Part shown: piece after piece, positions 1 to 14,099 of the stretch
How the letters are laid out: every line of letters begins with the position of its first letter
Numbering within the stretch: the first letter of the stretch is position 1
Assembly (NCBI RefSeq): GCF_009914755.1
Contig: NC_060930.1
DNA from: the human T2T-CHM13v2.0 reference genome, Homo sapiens
Reading direction: 5' to 3' (one strand)
Length of the DNA stretch: 64,000 nt
Notes under the pieces: generated by a model
The model's input: the letters and a program-made list of their open reading frames with translations, nothing else
The model's database searches: none
What the model was told of the DNA's origin: nothing
Translations under genes and position numbers: made by a program

Positions 1-1467
1 TCAATCCTAAGCTAAATGAACAAAGCTGTAGGAATCATGCTACTTGACTTCAAACTATACTACAAGGCTACAGTAACCAAAACATCATGGTACTGGTACC
101 AAAACAGAGATACAGACCAATGGAACAGAACAGAGGCCTCAGAAATAATACCACACATCTACAACCATCTGATCTTTGACACAACTGACAAAAACAAGCA
201 ATGGGGAAAGGATTCCCTATTTAATAAATGGTGCTGGGAAAACTGGCTAGCCATATGTAGAAAGCTGAAACTGGATCCCTTCGTTACACCTTATACAAAA
301 ATTAACTCAAGATGGATTAAAGACTTAAACGTTAGACCTAAAACCATAAAATCCCTGGAAGAAAACCTAGGCAATACCATTCAGGACATAGGCATGGGCA
401 AGGACTTCATGTCTAAAACACAAAAAGTAATGGAAACAAAAGCCAAAATTGACAAATGGGATCTAATTAAACCAAAGAGCTTCTGCACAGCAAAAGAAAC
501 TACCATCAGAGTGAACAGGCAACCTACAGAATGGGAGAAAATTTTTGTAATCTACCCATCTGACAAAGGGCTAATATCCAGAATCTACAAAGAACTTAAA
601 CAAACTTACAAGAAAAAATCAAACAACCTCATCAAACAGTGGGTGAAGGATATGAACAGACACTTCTCAAAAGAAGATATTTATGCAGCCAACAGACACA
701 TGAAAAAATGTTCATCATCACTGACCATCAGAGAAATGCAAATCAAAACCATAATGAGATACCATCTCACACCAGTTAGAATGACGATCATTAAAAAATC
801 AGGAAACAACAAGTGCTGGAGAGGTTGTGGAGAATTAGGAACACTTTTACACTGTTGGTGGGGCTGTAAACTAGTTCAACCATTGTGGAAGACTGTGTGG
901 TGATTCCTCAAGGATCTAGAAGTAGAAATACCATTTGACCCAGCCATCCCATTACTGGGTACATATCCAAAATATTATAAATCATGATGCTATAAAGACA
1001 CATGAACACATATGTTTATTACGGCACTATTCACAATAGCAAAGACTTGGAACCAACCCAAATGTCCATCAAAAATAGACTGGATTAAGAAAATGTGGCA
1101 TGTATACACCAAGGAATACTATGCAGCCATAAAAAATGATGAGTTCATGTCCTTTGTAGGGACATGGATGAAGCTGTAAACCATCATTCTCAGCAAACTA
1201 TTGCAAAGACAGAAAACCAAACACCACATGTTCTCACTCATAGGTGGGAGTTGAACAATGAGAACACGTGGACACAGGATGAGAACTTCACACACCAGGG
1301 CCTGTCGTGGAGTAGGGGGAGCGGGGAGGGATAGCATTAGGAGATATACCTAATGTAAATGATGAGTTAATGGGTGGAGCACAGCAACATGGACCATGTA
1401 TACATATGTAACAAACCTGCACATTGTGCACATGTACCCTAGAACTTAAAGTATAATAATAAAAAAA
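1..1467 (+). mobile_element. L1PA (primate LINE-1) 3' portion: ORF2 C-terminus, 3'UTR and poly(A)
   Basis: ORF 16..903 is L1 ORF2p C-terminus ([19 protein letters not shown]...[22 protein letters not shown] knuckle), cut by TGA at 901 (CGA>TGA); typical 3'UTR ending CCCTAGAACTTAAAGTATAATAATAAAAAA; inserted into an MST LTR. Confidence 0.97.
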
Positions 1468-4400
1468 GAGGTTTAATTTGCTTATTGTTCCACAAGCTGT
1501 ATAGAAGGCAAGATGCTGGCACCTGGTTGGCCTTGGAAGTTACTTGGAAGCCCCAGGAAACTTACAATTATGACAGGAGGTGAAGGGGAAGCAGGGATGT
1601 CTTACAAGGCCAGAGCAGGAGCAAGAGAGAGCAAGGAGTGGGGGCTGCTACACACTTTTAAACAACCAGATCTCATGTTAACTCACTCACTCACTATCAC
1701 AATAACAGCAGCAAGGGGATAGTGCTAAACCATTAGTGATAACTCCACACCCATGATCCAATTACCTTCCACCAGGCCCCTCTTCCAACAATGGAGATTA
1801 AAATGTGACATAAGTTTTCGGCTGGGACACAGATTCTAACCATATCATTCCACTCTTGGTCCTTCTCAAATACCATGTACTTCTCACATTTCAAAATACA
1901 GTCATGCCTTCCCAACAGTCTCCCAAGGTCTTACCTCATTCCAGCATTAACTCAAAAGTCCAAAGCCCAAAGTCTTATCTGAGACAAGGCAAGTCCTTTC
2001 TACCTATGAGTTTGTAAAATAAAAAACTAGTTACTTCCAAGATGAAATGGGGATATAGGCATTGGGTAAATACTCCCATTCCAAAAAAGAGAAATTTATC
2101 AAAACAAAGCGCTTACAAGTGTGAAACCCAGCAGGGCAGTCATTAAATTTTAAAGTTCCAAAATAATCTCTTTTAACTCCATGTCTCTTATCCAGGGCAC
2201 ACTGATGCAAGAGGTGGGCTCCCAGAGCCTTGGGAAACTGCCCTGTGGTTTTGCAGGGTTCCCCACCTAAGGGTGCTTTCAAGAGCTGGTGTTGAGTGGT
2301 TGAGGCTTTTCCAGGCATGAGGTACAAGCTGTCAGTGGACCTACAATTCTTGGGTCTGGAAGACTATGGCCCTCGTCTCACAGCTCCACTAGGCAGTGCT
2401 CCAGAGGGGACTCTGTGTGGGGCTTCAACCCCAGATTTCCAATCTGCACTGCCATAGTAGAGGTTTTACATGAGGGCTCTGCTCCTACTTCAGGCTTTTG
2501 CCTGGAGATCCAAGCACTTCTATACATCCTCTGAAATCTAGGCAAAGACTCCCAAGCCTCAACTCTTGCACTCTGTGTGCCTTCAGGCTTAACACCACAT
2601 GGGAACCACCAAGGCTTATGGCTTGCATCTTTTGAAGCAGTGACCTGAGCTGTACCTGGGCCCCTTGGAACCGTAGCTGGAGCTGGAATGTCTGGAACGC
2701 AGGGAGCCATGTCCCAAGGTTGTGCAGGGCAGCAGAGCCCTGGGAATGGCTCATGAAATCATTGTCCTCCTAGGCATCTGGGCCTGTGATGGGAGGGGCT
2801 TTGTACACAGGTCTCTGAAAAGTCTTGGAGGCCTTTTCCCCGTTTTCTTGGATGTTAGCACTTGGCTCCTTTTTAACTTGTGCAAACTTCTCTAGCTGCC
2901 TTGAATTTCTTCCCTGAAAATGGGTTTTTCTTTTCTACCACAAGGCCACACTGAACATTTTCCAAGCTTTTATGCTATGCTTCTCTTTTAAATATAAGTT
3001 CCAGTTTTAGATCATTTATTTGCTCATGCAAATGATCATAGGTAATTAGAAGCAGCCAGATCACTTTTTGAATGTTTTGCTGCTTGGAAATTTCTTTCAC
3101 CAAGTACCCGAAATCATCACCCTGAAGTTCAAAGCTCCACAGATAACTAGGGCAGAGGCACAATGCCACCAGGTTCTTTACTAACAAATAACAAAAGTTA
3201 ACTTTGTTCCAGTTCCCAAGAAGTTCTTCATCTCCATCTGAGACCTCATCAGCCTAGCTATCTCTGTCCTTATTGCTATCAGCATTTTGGTCACAACAAT
3301 TTAACAAGTCTCCAGTAAGTTACAAATGTTCCCTAATCTTCCTGTCTTCTTCTGAGCTCTCCACACTCTTCCAGTTTCTATCCATTACCCAGTTCCAAAG
3401 CCACTTTCCCATTTTCAGGTATCTTTATAGCAATGCCCCACTACTGGTACCAATTTTTTGTATTAGTCCATTCTTGCACTGCTATAAAAAATACCTAACA
3501 GACTGGATAATTTATAAAAGAGAGAAGTTCTACAAGATGTATAGGAAGCATTAAGTTGGCATCTACTCAGCTTCTGGGGAGGCACCAGGAAACTTACTGT
3601 ATTAGTCAATTTTCATGCTGCTGATAAAGACATACCCAAGTGTATTACTCTGTTTTCATGCTGCTGATAAAGGCATACCCAAGACTGGGCAATTTACAAA
3701 AGAAAGAGATTTATTGCACTTACAGTTCCACATGGCTGGGGAGGCCTCACGATCATGGCAGAAGGCAAGGAGGAGCAAGTCACAGCTTATGCAGATGGCA
3801 GCAGGCAAAGAGAGAGAACTTGTGTGAAGAAACTCCTCTTCACAAAACCATCAGATTTTGTGAGACTTATTCATTATCATTAGAACAACACAGGAAAGAT
3901 CCAACCCATGGTTCAATCATCTTCCACCAGGTCCTTCCCATAACAAGTGGGAATTATGGGAGTTATAAGTTGATATTTGGGTGGGGACACAGAGTCACAC
4001 CATATCATGCCACCCCTGGCCCCTCCCAAATCTCATATCTTCATATTTCAAAACCAGTCCTGCCTTCCCAATAGTCCCCCAGAGACTCATTTCAGCATTA
4101 ACTCAAAAGTCACAGTCCAAAAGTCTTATCCAAAACAAAGCAAGTCCCTTCCACCGATCAGCCTGGAAAATCAAAAGCAAGTTAATTACTTCCTAGATAC
4201 AATGGGGGTACAGGCATTGGGTAAATACAGCCATTCCAAATGGGAGAAATTGGTCAAAACAAAGGGGATCCAGGTCCTATGCAAGTCTGAAATCCAACAG
4301 GGCAGTCAAATCTTAAAGCTCCAAAATGATTTCCTTTGACTCCATGTCTCACATCTGGGTCCTGCTGATGCAAGAGGTGAGTTCCCATGGTTTTGAACAG

Positions 4401-6172
4401 CTCTCCCCTGTGGCTTTGCAGGGTAGAGCCCCCCTCCTGGCTGCTTTAACACTCACTGGCATTGAGTGTCTGCAGCTTTTCCAGATGCACAGTGAAAGAT
4501 ATTGGTGAATCTACCATTCTGTGGTCTGCAGGATGGTAGGCCTCTTCTCACAGCTCCACTAGGCAGTTCCAGTGGGGACTTTGTGTGGCAGTGTCAACCC
4601 CACTTTTCCCTCTTCACTGCCCTAGCAGAGATTCTTCATGAGGGACCCATCCCTAAAGCAAATTTCTGCTTGGATATTTAGGCATTTCCATACATCCTTT
4701 GAAAGCTAGGCAGAGGTTCCCAAACCTCAATTTTTGACTTCTGTGCATCTACAGGCTCAACATCACATGAAAGCTGCCAAGGCTTGGGGCTTGTACCCTC
4801 TGAAGCTGTGGCCGGAGCTGTACCTTGGCCCCTTTTAGCCATGGCTAGAGCAGCTGGGATGCAGGACACTGAGTCCCTAGGCTTCACACAGCATAGGGGG
4901 CCTGGGCCCAGGCTAGAAAATCATTTTTTTCCCCAGGCATCTGGGCCTGTGATGGGAGGGTCTGCCACAAAGGTGTCTGACATGCCCTAGAGACATTTTC
5001 CCCATTGTCTTGGCAACTAACATCTGTCTTCTCATTACTTAAGCACATTTCTGCAGCCAGCTTTAATTTTTCCTCAGAAAATAGGTTTTCCTTTTCTATT
5101 GCATTGTCAGGCTGCAAGTTTTCCAAACTTTTATGCACTGTTTGCCTTTTAAAACTGAATGCTTTTAACAGCACCCAAGTCACCTCTTGAATGCTTTGCT
5201 GCTTAGAAATTTCTTCCACCAGATACCCTAAATCACCTCCCTCAAGTTCAAAGCAGGGTAAAATGCCACCAGCCTCCTTGCTAAAACATAGCAAGAGTCA
5301 CCTTTACTCCAGTTCCCAACAAGTTCCTCATCTCCATTTGAGACCAACTCAGCATGGATTTCATTGTCCATATCATTCTCAGCATTTTGGTCAAAGTCAT
5401 TGAACAAGTCTCTAGGGAGTTCCAAACTTTTGCACACTTTCCTGTCTTCTTCTGGGCCCTCCAAACTCTTTCAGCCTCTGCCTGTTACCCAGTTCCATAG
5501 TTGCTTCCACATTTTTGGGTATCTTTACAGCAGGGTCCCACTCTTCCAGTACCAATTTACTGTATTAGTCCATTTTCACACTGCTAATAAGACATACTTG
5601 AGACTGGGTAATTTATAAAGAAACAAAAGGTTTAATGGACTCACAGTTCAACTTTGCTACAGAGGCCTCACAATCATGGCAGAAGGCTAAAGGCACATCT
5701 TATATGGGTTTCTCCCTTATGAAACCATCACATCACGTGAAACTTATTCACTACCATGAGAACAGAATGAGGGAAACTGCCCCCATGATTCAATATCTCC
5801 CACTGGGTCCCTCCAATAACACATGGGAATTACGGGAGCTACAAATCAAGATGAGATTTGGGTGAGGACACAGCCAAACCATATCATTTACAATCATAGT
5901 GAAATGCCATGTGGAAGCAGGAACATCTTACATGGCTGTAGCAGGAATAAGAGAGAGCGAAGAGTGGGTCAGCTACACACTTTTAAACAACCAGATCTCA
6001 TGATAACTCACTCACTCACTATCATAAGAATAGTACAGAGAGGATGGTGCTAACCCATTAGTGAGAACTCTGCCCCCATGATCTTATTACCTCACACTAG
6101 GCCCCTTCTCCAACACTGGGGATTACAATTTGACCTGAAATTTAGGCAGAGACACAGATAGAAACCACAGCA
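1468..6172 (-). mobile_element. MST (MSTA-like) MaLR provirus: LTR 1468-1847, internal 1848-3458, second LTR 3459-3597 plus 5892-6172
   Basis: LTR ends ...AACCATATCA (1847) and TGTATTAGTCCATTCTTGCACTGCTATAAA (3459); both LTRs share CACACTTTTAAACAACCAGATCTCATG; second LTR split by THE1. Confidence 0.9.
3598..5886 (-). mobile_element. THE1 MaLR provirus nested in MST LTR (stub 3598-3640, LTR 3641-4007, internal 4008-5560, LTR 5561-5886)
   Basis: TGTATTAGTC...CCATATCA termini; 5-bp TSD CTTAC (3593-3597) / TTTAC (5887-5891); internal ORF remnants (FELEGGDLGYLVEEISKQQSIQ) typical of THE1-int. Confidence 0.92.
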
Positions 6173-6925
6173 ATTACTAAGGTGCAGATATGACAATTGT
6201 AATAGATCACACTTTCCACTCTAATCAGAACTTGCTTCAAATGCAGAAGGAAGGCAATAGCATTTTCGGAAACAGGAATGATCAAGGAACTCCATCATAT
6301 TCCTTCTTACTCATGTTACTTCCTTGGATTAGTCAATCACTGATGCTGAAAATGATGACATTCAAGAAAAGGGAAAGAAAAGGAAATCTATAGTTTCTTA
6401 TTTCATTCTTTAATGATGACATTCAAGAAAAGGGAAAGATAAGGAAATCTATAGTTTCTTATTTCATTCTTTCTTTCTCATTAGTAAGCTGAGGGTAAAG
6501 AGGCTAGGTAGAATGTATGTATACAAAGAAGTAAAAGAAGAACAGTTGATTTGGCTTTGTGCAGTGCTTCCACTGTTCTGGAAAGAACAAAAAAGATACA
6601 CATGTATATGTCATGAAATATAAATTGTGTAATTTTGATGATCCACAAATGAGTTAAATGGTCTTATCCTTGAATTTAAAACTAGCATTGTATAATAAAA
6701 AGATGAATGGTAACATTCAAGCTAATAATTTAAAATATTAATTTTTCTCTACTTAGAATAACATTAAATATTAAAAAAAAACACACCATCATAAACGGAA
6801 AGAGACAGAAATAAATATATTTATATTCTAGTACTTTTCACAATACTTTATTTCCTGCTTTTGGAAAAGGGGGTTTCTGCATTTTCATTTTGCCCTGGAC
6901 TATACAAGCTGTATAGCCAGGCCTG
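6173..6925 (+). mobile_element. MER45-family (MER45B-like) hAT DNA transposon, 3' part
   Basis: Ends in GCATTTTCATTTTGCCCTGG...GTATAGCCAGGCCTG, matching the recalled MER45 3' terminus; 5' extent inferred. Confidence 0.65.
6351..6472. repeat. 61-bp tandem duplication
   Basis: 6351-6411 and 6412-6472 identical except one substitution. Confidence 0.95.
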
Positions 6926-8121
6926 CTTCTCCCAGATAGAGAAGAGAAATCTTCAGCAACAGGGCAAGCTTAAAATCAGGAAGGGAATAGGAGTCACTGA
7001 TTTTGAATTTAGCTCAGATGAACTAGAGGATGCTCATTAAAGTGAGGACCAGGCCAGGTTATATGGAGCCCAGGTGGATATTTGAGGACTGCCTTGATGA
7101 AGACACTAACAAGTCTCAAGGCCATGTGATTCCCAGTGAAGCTTCCTAGTCCATTTTCTGGCCCTTTTATGGTTCCTGTGAGGAGTAGGAAATGGCCCTG
7201 GAAGAAGAAAGGACAAGTGCTGACAGCTGGTAGAACAAGGTATGTGTGATGTGCAGTGTCTGAGCTGTGGTATTTCCTGCCATTCTGTCAACTTCTTATA
7301 CTTTTATTGCTGAACTTTAGCTCCAAACTCTTATGGTCAGCCAAACTACATCTTGTGTGTTTTCAAGTAGCCCAGGGAAAATTTCTCTTTGCACCAGATG
7401 TCTAAAGCAATACAAGATCATGATGCTTTCGCTATGTCAACCCCAGGGTAAATGGAGGCCATGAGACAGGAAAACAAAGATATTATTGGAGGTTGGAAGT
7501 GTATCCCATCTGAGCAGCAGCTGGCAAGCATTATCACGAACTACATCTAAACTTCACAGCTCTCTCTGCCCACATCTGCCAAATAGAGTGAGATTCACAG
7601 GCAAAATGTCCTTTGCTTCCCACCCTCAGCTTCCAACTTTGAGCCTGTCCTTGTGGAGGCTGAAAGAAACACCAATATGCACTTTCCTCCTTCCTTCATG
7701 GTAACACATCACAGAGAAATGTGTATTACACAAAAACAACTATAATGACCAGCTATCCTTAATGTCTTTCATTTGACTGTTTTGCTTTAGCATGGATGCT
7801 AATAGTCTTACATATAATATACTGTATAAGGATTTACAAATTAGGGACTAAAGCGTTCTCAGAATGACAGACCTTCTCCCACCCTTATTTGTACCCATGA
7901 ATTGGATACTGCATCTGCAAGGTATTATGATTTCTTTTAAACCTTAGGAATAGCCACAGGCAACAGTTTGTGTTGAAATAAGAAACACACTGCATTTAGC
8001 ATCAGAACTTGCCGCCAAGGAACCTGAAGAATTTACTTAACATCACTGAGATGTCTCCGTGAAATGGGAAAAGATGTTTGTGATCTCTGCAGAATGTAGG
8101 GATGATGGCTTTGTTAGTGAT

Positions 8122-8506
8122 TGTTATGGACTGAGTGTTTGTGTCCCTGCAAATTCACATGTTGAAGCCTTAATCCTCGGTGTGACTGCATTTGGAGATG
8201 AGGTCTCTAGGAAAGTACTTAGGGTTAAATAAGCTCATAAGGGTGTGTCCCTGATCTGATGGGATTCATGTCATTATAAGAGACACCAAAGCTTGCTCTC
8301 TCCACATGTGCCAAGAAAAGGCCATGTGAGGACATGGTGAGAAGGTGGCCATCTACAAGTCAGAAAAAGAGCCCTCACCAGGAAATGAATTTGCCTGTAC
8401 CTGGATCACAGACTTCCAGCCTGCAGAAATGTGAGAAAATACATTTCTGTTGCTTAAATCATCCAGCCTGTGGTATTTTGCTATAGCAGCCAGAGCAGAC
8501 TACGTA
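8122..8506 (+). mobile_element. MLT1A/B-type MaLR solo LTR
   Basis: TGTTATGGACTGAGTGTTTGTGTCCC start; CCAGCCTGTGGTATTTTGCTATAGCAGCC end. Confidence 0.85.
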
Positions 8507-8959
8507 TTGTTAGAGCCTATGCAAGTGTGAATTTTCATTCTTACAGTTGGTACTTGATAAACTTCTTCTGTTGAATTGTTGAATTCCAAGGAAACTTGGT
8601 GTGGGAAGTTCCCATGGATCATTTCTTTGACAAAATCTTAGAATTCTGTTTGGCATTAAATGTCCCAAAGTGGGGAAAAATGACGTAGGGTAAGATGACA
8701 AGAACCAGTGTCTGGAACATGCTGGCTAATTCTCAAAACAAATGACATACTCAACACTGATTACGAGGTGTGTTGAGGCATGGCCATCTGTAAAAAGGAC
8801 ATACTAAGGACAACTTTGTAGCTCACTAAGAAATTCCATCATCTTATATAGGGCACAGGTGCACTTTTGAACTTTTAAGTACTTTTAAAATCAGTTTGTA
8901 TTAGTGTTGTGGCTGGCACAAAAATATATTAGAATCTTTATGCAAAAATTTAGCAAACT

Positions 8960-9688
<729 letters not shown>

Positions 9689-10249
9689 TAAGTTGTCTAT
9701 TTTTTAATAACCTGATTGGTATGAAGAAAAAAATTGCAATTGAACAGCATTGAAAATAAATTATACTTAAATGCTGTCTGTTTTAGATGTGTTTTTCGTA
9801 TGGATTACGGGAAGTGAGATAAGCGGAGACACCCAAACAAGTGCCAGAACCAGTCAAGAGAACTTCCCACTCAGAACAAGTCCTTCAAGAAAAGAAATTC
9901 CCCTGGGCACTGAGTGAAAAGGCCTCTCCTGTAGGAATTCATGGCAGATCCACAGTGGAATGAGCTGTGGCTATGCACCCAGCACACATTCTAGTCTGCC
10001 GAGAGCAGAGAAAGGAGGGAGCTCCATCAGGAGTGTGGGAATTTAAATCCAACTGAGAAATGACAGTTTCAGAGGAGGCTGAACCCACTCTACATGCATC
10101 ACACCTTTCCTAGAGGAGAACATAATCATTAGTCATAGATAAGTCCTGTGAAGTGCCTCCCACATCTCACACAAAGATTGCAAATATCGTGTTTGGGGGG
10201 AAAAAATGAATAAATCTTTACTTTTTAAGCTCACTTGCTCACTTGCCTG

Positions 10250-10607
10250 CTCTTTTTTCCTTCCTCCATGACTCCCTCTCTTTTTTCCTTTTCTTTCTCT
10301 CTCCTCCCTCTTTCTTTTTTCTTCTTTTGTTCCCACCCTTTCTTTTTCTTCCTTTTCTTTTCTTTCTTTCTTCTTTTCTTTTTCTTTTTCTCTTTTTCAT
10401 TCTATCCCTCCTTGTCTCTCTTCATGCCCTCTCTTTCCCTTCAGCCCCTCTTTCCTTCCTCCATCCCTCTCTCTCTCCCTCTTATCCTCCTCCTCTTTCT
10501 TTTTTTCTCTCTCCCTCTCTCATATCCCTCTTCTCCTCCCTCCTTTCTTTTCTTTTCTTTTTTCTTTTCTTTCTTTCTTTCTTTCTTCCTTTTTCTTTCT
10601 TTCTTCC
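10250..10607. repeat. CT-rich polypyrimidine low-complexity tract
   Basis: About 360 bp almost only C/T. Confidence 0.95.
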
Positions 10608-10924
10608 AAATTTAATCTCTTGAAAATAATTTTGGTGTGACATCTTTGAAACTGTCCTCAATTACATTTCCAGATGAGACACCCAAACATTCATGTGAAG
10701 CCTGGAGCTTCATGGGCCCCTGCTTCTTTATACTCCTTCCTCTTCCCACCACTGAAGGTCTTCTCCATGCTAGAGGCCAGGCAAAGTGCTATGAGAGGAA
10801 ATCATGGTAGGGAAGCAGGTTTCACTACAGCCCCCAGCCCCTAGGTGAGAAAGTTGTTGGTATGTGTTTCTACAGTTATGTAGCTCCACACTGATTTACA
10901 CAGCAAAAAATATATATATATATA

Positions 10925-11640
10925 TATTGAGCAGCTACTATATAACAAGCACTGTTTTTTACTTTAGCAGGAGAAAAGATGAATGAGACACCATTTCTAT
11001 TCAAGCAACCCACAGTGTTAGTGGAGATGGACCTCTAGGTAAAGGAATCTAATAGAGCACTGTAAAATGTGTGTTTGGAAGGACACATATGGTTTAGCAT
11101 GGGCATACAGGAGAGAATACACAACGGTACCATACCTGAGAGTAGAAGGAAATTCAGAAAAGCCTTAATAATCAGACGACATTGGAGCTGGGTTTTGAAG
11201 GAAGTGTTTAATATCAAAAGAAGGGATGAAAGAAGGGAAGAACCTTTCAGAGAGAAAATAAGGCATGTACAAAGCAGGGAAAGAACATGGCCTCTTCTAG
11301 GAGCCATAAACTTTTTCAGATAGCAGGGACCCAGGATTTATGTGAGGCAGTGAGGCAGTTGTGTGCTATCAGCCTGGAAGTCTGGACGTCGCCCAGAAGG
11401 AAAAGGGGTTTTTCAAACTATAGGGGTAGAGAGCTTAGAGTTTGCCTTGGGGGCAGCGAGAATCCAGTTTCTGGATTATCATTCTGGCAGAAGTGAAGAG
11501 AATTGATTAGACGGAAGAGAGGCTGGAAAAGTAGGAAAACCAGTCAAAAAACTGGTGTGTAGTACAGATGCAAAGGAGAGAACATGTAAGCGATATTTAG
11601 AAGAGAGAATTGCCAGGACTTGATGTGCAGCTGGACAGAT
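10925..11640 (-). mobile_element. L2 LINE 3' fragment
   Basis: TATTGAGCAGCTACTATATAACAAGCACTG (L2 3' end, reverse) followed by purine-rich L2-like sequence. Confidence 0.7.
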
Positions 11641-11838
11641 GTTACATCCAATAGGATGTTACTATGCCCCAAAGCTATGACTATGCATAATGTTTGCCTG
11701 TTGCCTGATGAGCTAACAAACACTAGCTGAGCTATTTGTTGGTATTGAGGCCTGGGGTGGGGGTAGGGGGTGAGCAGGAAAGTGGAGACAGCAGTGAGAA
11801 AAGCATCTTCCCTCTCCCCAGGAGTTTGTCCCCTACCT

Positions 11839-12000
11839 CACTGTTCAAGGTGTGGCCCGTGATCTGTGGACCAGCAGCATCAGCATCATCTAGCAGCTTG
11901 TTATGCAGAATTTCAGATCCTACCTGAATACCAAATCAGATTCTGGTTTTTAATAAGATCCCCAGGTGAGTTATATGTACACCATAGTTTGAGAAACACC
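11839..12000. mobile_element. MER5A/B hAT-Charlie MITE
   Basis: GGACCAGCAGCATCAGCATCATC...AATAAGATCCCCAGGTGA...AGTTTGAGAAACAC. Confidence 0.8.
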
Positions 12001-12826
12001 AACCTAGGGTAATTCTTGGAATTTTCCCCATTGGCAGAAGAATTATAGAGGGAGTAATAAGAAAGAAGTAGCATAAAGCAGAAATAATATGGTGCTGGAG
12101 ATTCAAATTGTTAATCACAAGACTGTGGAGATTTATATTTCTCTTTGTTCTGAAGTTTATACTTGATAGAAATTATGCGTAACTACTAGTCTGACCCTCT
12201 AGTCTTGCTCCCATTTCATATTTCTCCTGCTGTCCTTTGTTTAAATGTGGTACTTAAAAGATCACACAGTGAATAAAGCTATCTTGGGGCAATTAAGATG
12301 GATAAGTCTGATATCCAACTTGTTCTCATCTCTGTGGCATCTTCATGAACTCATTATTTCAAGGACATAAGGAGCTGGTAAATATGGTTTTTATAAAGAC
12401 TGAGCTAAATTCTCCAATATCTAAGACAGAGAAGAGACTCACAGGGGTGGGGCAGGTTCGTATGGTCCTGGAAGGCAGCTCCAGGCATGGAGATTGAAAC
12501 TGTGTCATTGTGACATCTCCCATATGCCTCAGAAGCTGTCCTTTTCTCCAGACATGAACTTGAGTGGTTGTGACTCTTGCCTTTTCAGCCTCTCATCTAC
12601 TTTGTTAGTATGAAATTACTGGAATGAAAACTTGATGCAGATATTGAAATTAATGGATAAATAAATAATATTCCCTTGAAATTATAAAGACAATTCAGGC
12701 CAATAACAGAAAGAGAAAAGGCTTTGTAAAATGCTTAAAGCATACCAAGATTGAGAACAGAATATGTTGCTTTTTCACAAGCTCCAAATGATATTCATCT
12801 CTAGAAATGAGTTTAATATAAGTTTT

Positions 12827-13399
12827 TTCTTCTTTTTTTTTATTATACTCTAAGTACTAGGGTACATGTGCACAACGTGCAGGTTTGTTACATATGTATA
12901 CATGCGCCATGTTGCTGTGCTGCACCCATTAACTCGTCATTTACATTAGGTATATCTCCTAATGCTATCTCTCCCCCCACCCCCCACCCCATGACAGGCC
13001 CCAGTGCATGATGTTCCCCTTCCTGTGTCCAAGTGTTCTCATTGTTCAATTCCCACCTATGAGTGAGAACATGAGGTGTTTGGTTTTTTGTCCTTGGGAT
13101 AGTTTGCTGAAAATGATGGTTTCCAGCTTCATCCATGTCCCTAGAAAGGACATACCATTGTGGAAGACATTGTGGTGATTCCTCAAGGATCTAGAACTAG
13201 AAATACCATTTGACCCAGCAATCCTATTACTGGGTATATACCCAAAGGATTATAAATCATGCTGCTATAAAGACGCATGCACACGTATGTTTATTGCGGC
13301 ACTATTCACAATAGCAAAGACTTGGAACCAACCCAAATGTCCATCAATGATAGACTGGATTAAGAAAATGTGGCACATATACACCATGGAATACTATGC
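12827..13399 (-). mobile_element. L1PA 5'-truncated insertion with 5' inversion (twin priming)
   Basis: Minus-strand 3' end 12827-13153 fused to plus-strand L1 segment 13154-13399; 17-bp TSD AGTTTAATATAAGTTTT at 12810-12826 and 13400-13416. Confidence 0.93.
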
Positions 13400-14099
13400 A
13401 GTTTAATATAAGTTTTGATATGCACCATGAAACTTAAGATTTCCAGTCTGATGATATATTAGTTGTACCAAGAGGATAGTAGAAGGTAGATAATATCCTT
13501 GTCCCTGTGATTACTAGAATGACTATATGTTAGTGCAGAGAAGTGACAGAGAATGCATTAACTTTAGAAGCACTGAAGTGTTGCAGTCTAAGCAAATCAC
13601 AGATGACTTCTAGTGACAATGTTAACTTGTTTTGTTTAGACTGCATCACTTTAGTGCTTCTTAAGTTAATGCAATATTCCATTGATAGGCATATTCTCTT
13701 TTAAACTATTCTTGTTTCCGTGAGCCACAGCTGTGAAGGGAATTTACTTCTCAGGAGCAGGACAAACACTTTGAAACATTCAAAAGCACAACACAGTCCA
13801 CAAACTAAACAAATAACTATTTTAAATCACAGAAATCACTTTAGGGTAGTTTTTAATAGCATTGTTCTGGGAAATGCTGACATGGTCTCTCATCCTGGCT
13901 GCCACTGCTTGCTTAGACTTTGGCAAGTTACTTTACCTGAGTTTTCTCATCTGTAATGAGAAGCATCTTCAAGTGGATGGAGTGGGTCCAAGAGACCATC
14001 CTGTGTTCCTGGGTATACAATTAATGATTATGCTCATTGGCCCACAGCATCCCTATTTTTGTTCTTTAACCTATGGATTTAGTATAGCATGCCAAATGG

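Noticed and set aside
16-903. Longest ORF (295 aa) as a gene
   Set aside because: L1 ORF2p fragment with a premature stop
10235-10623. Phe/Ser/Leu-rich 126-aa ORFs
   Set aside because: Translation of CT low-complexity DNA
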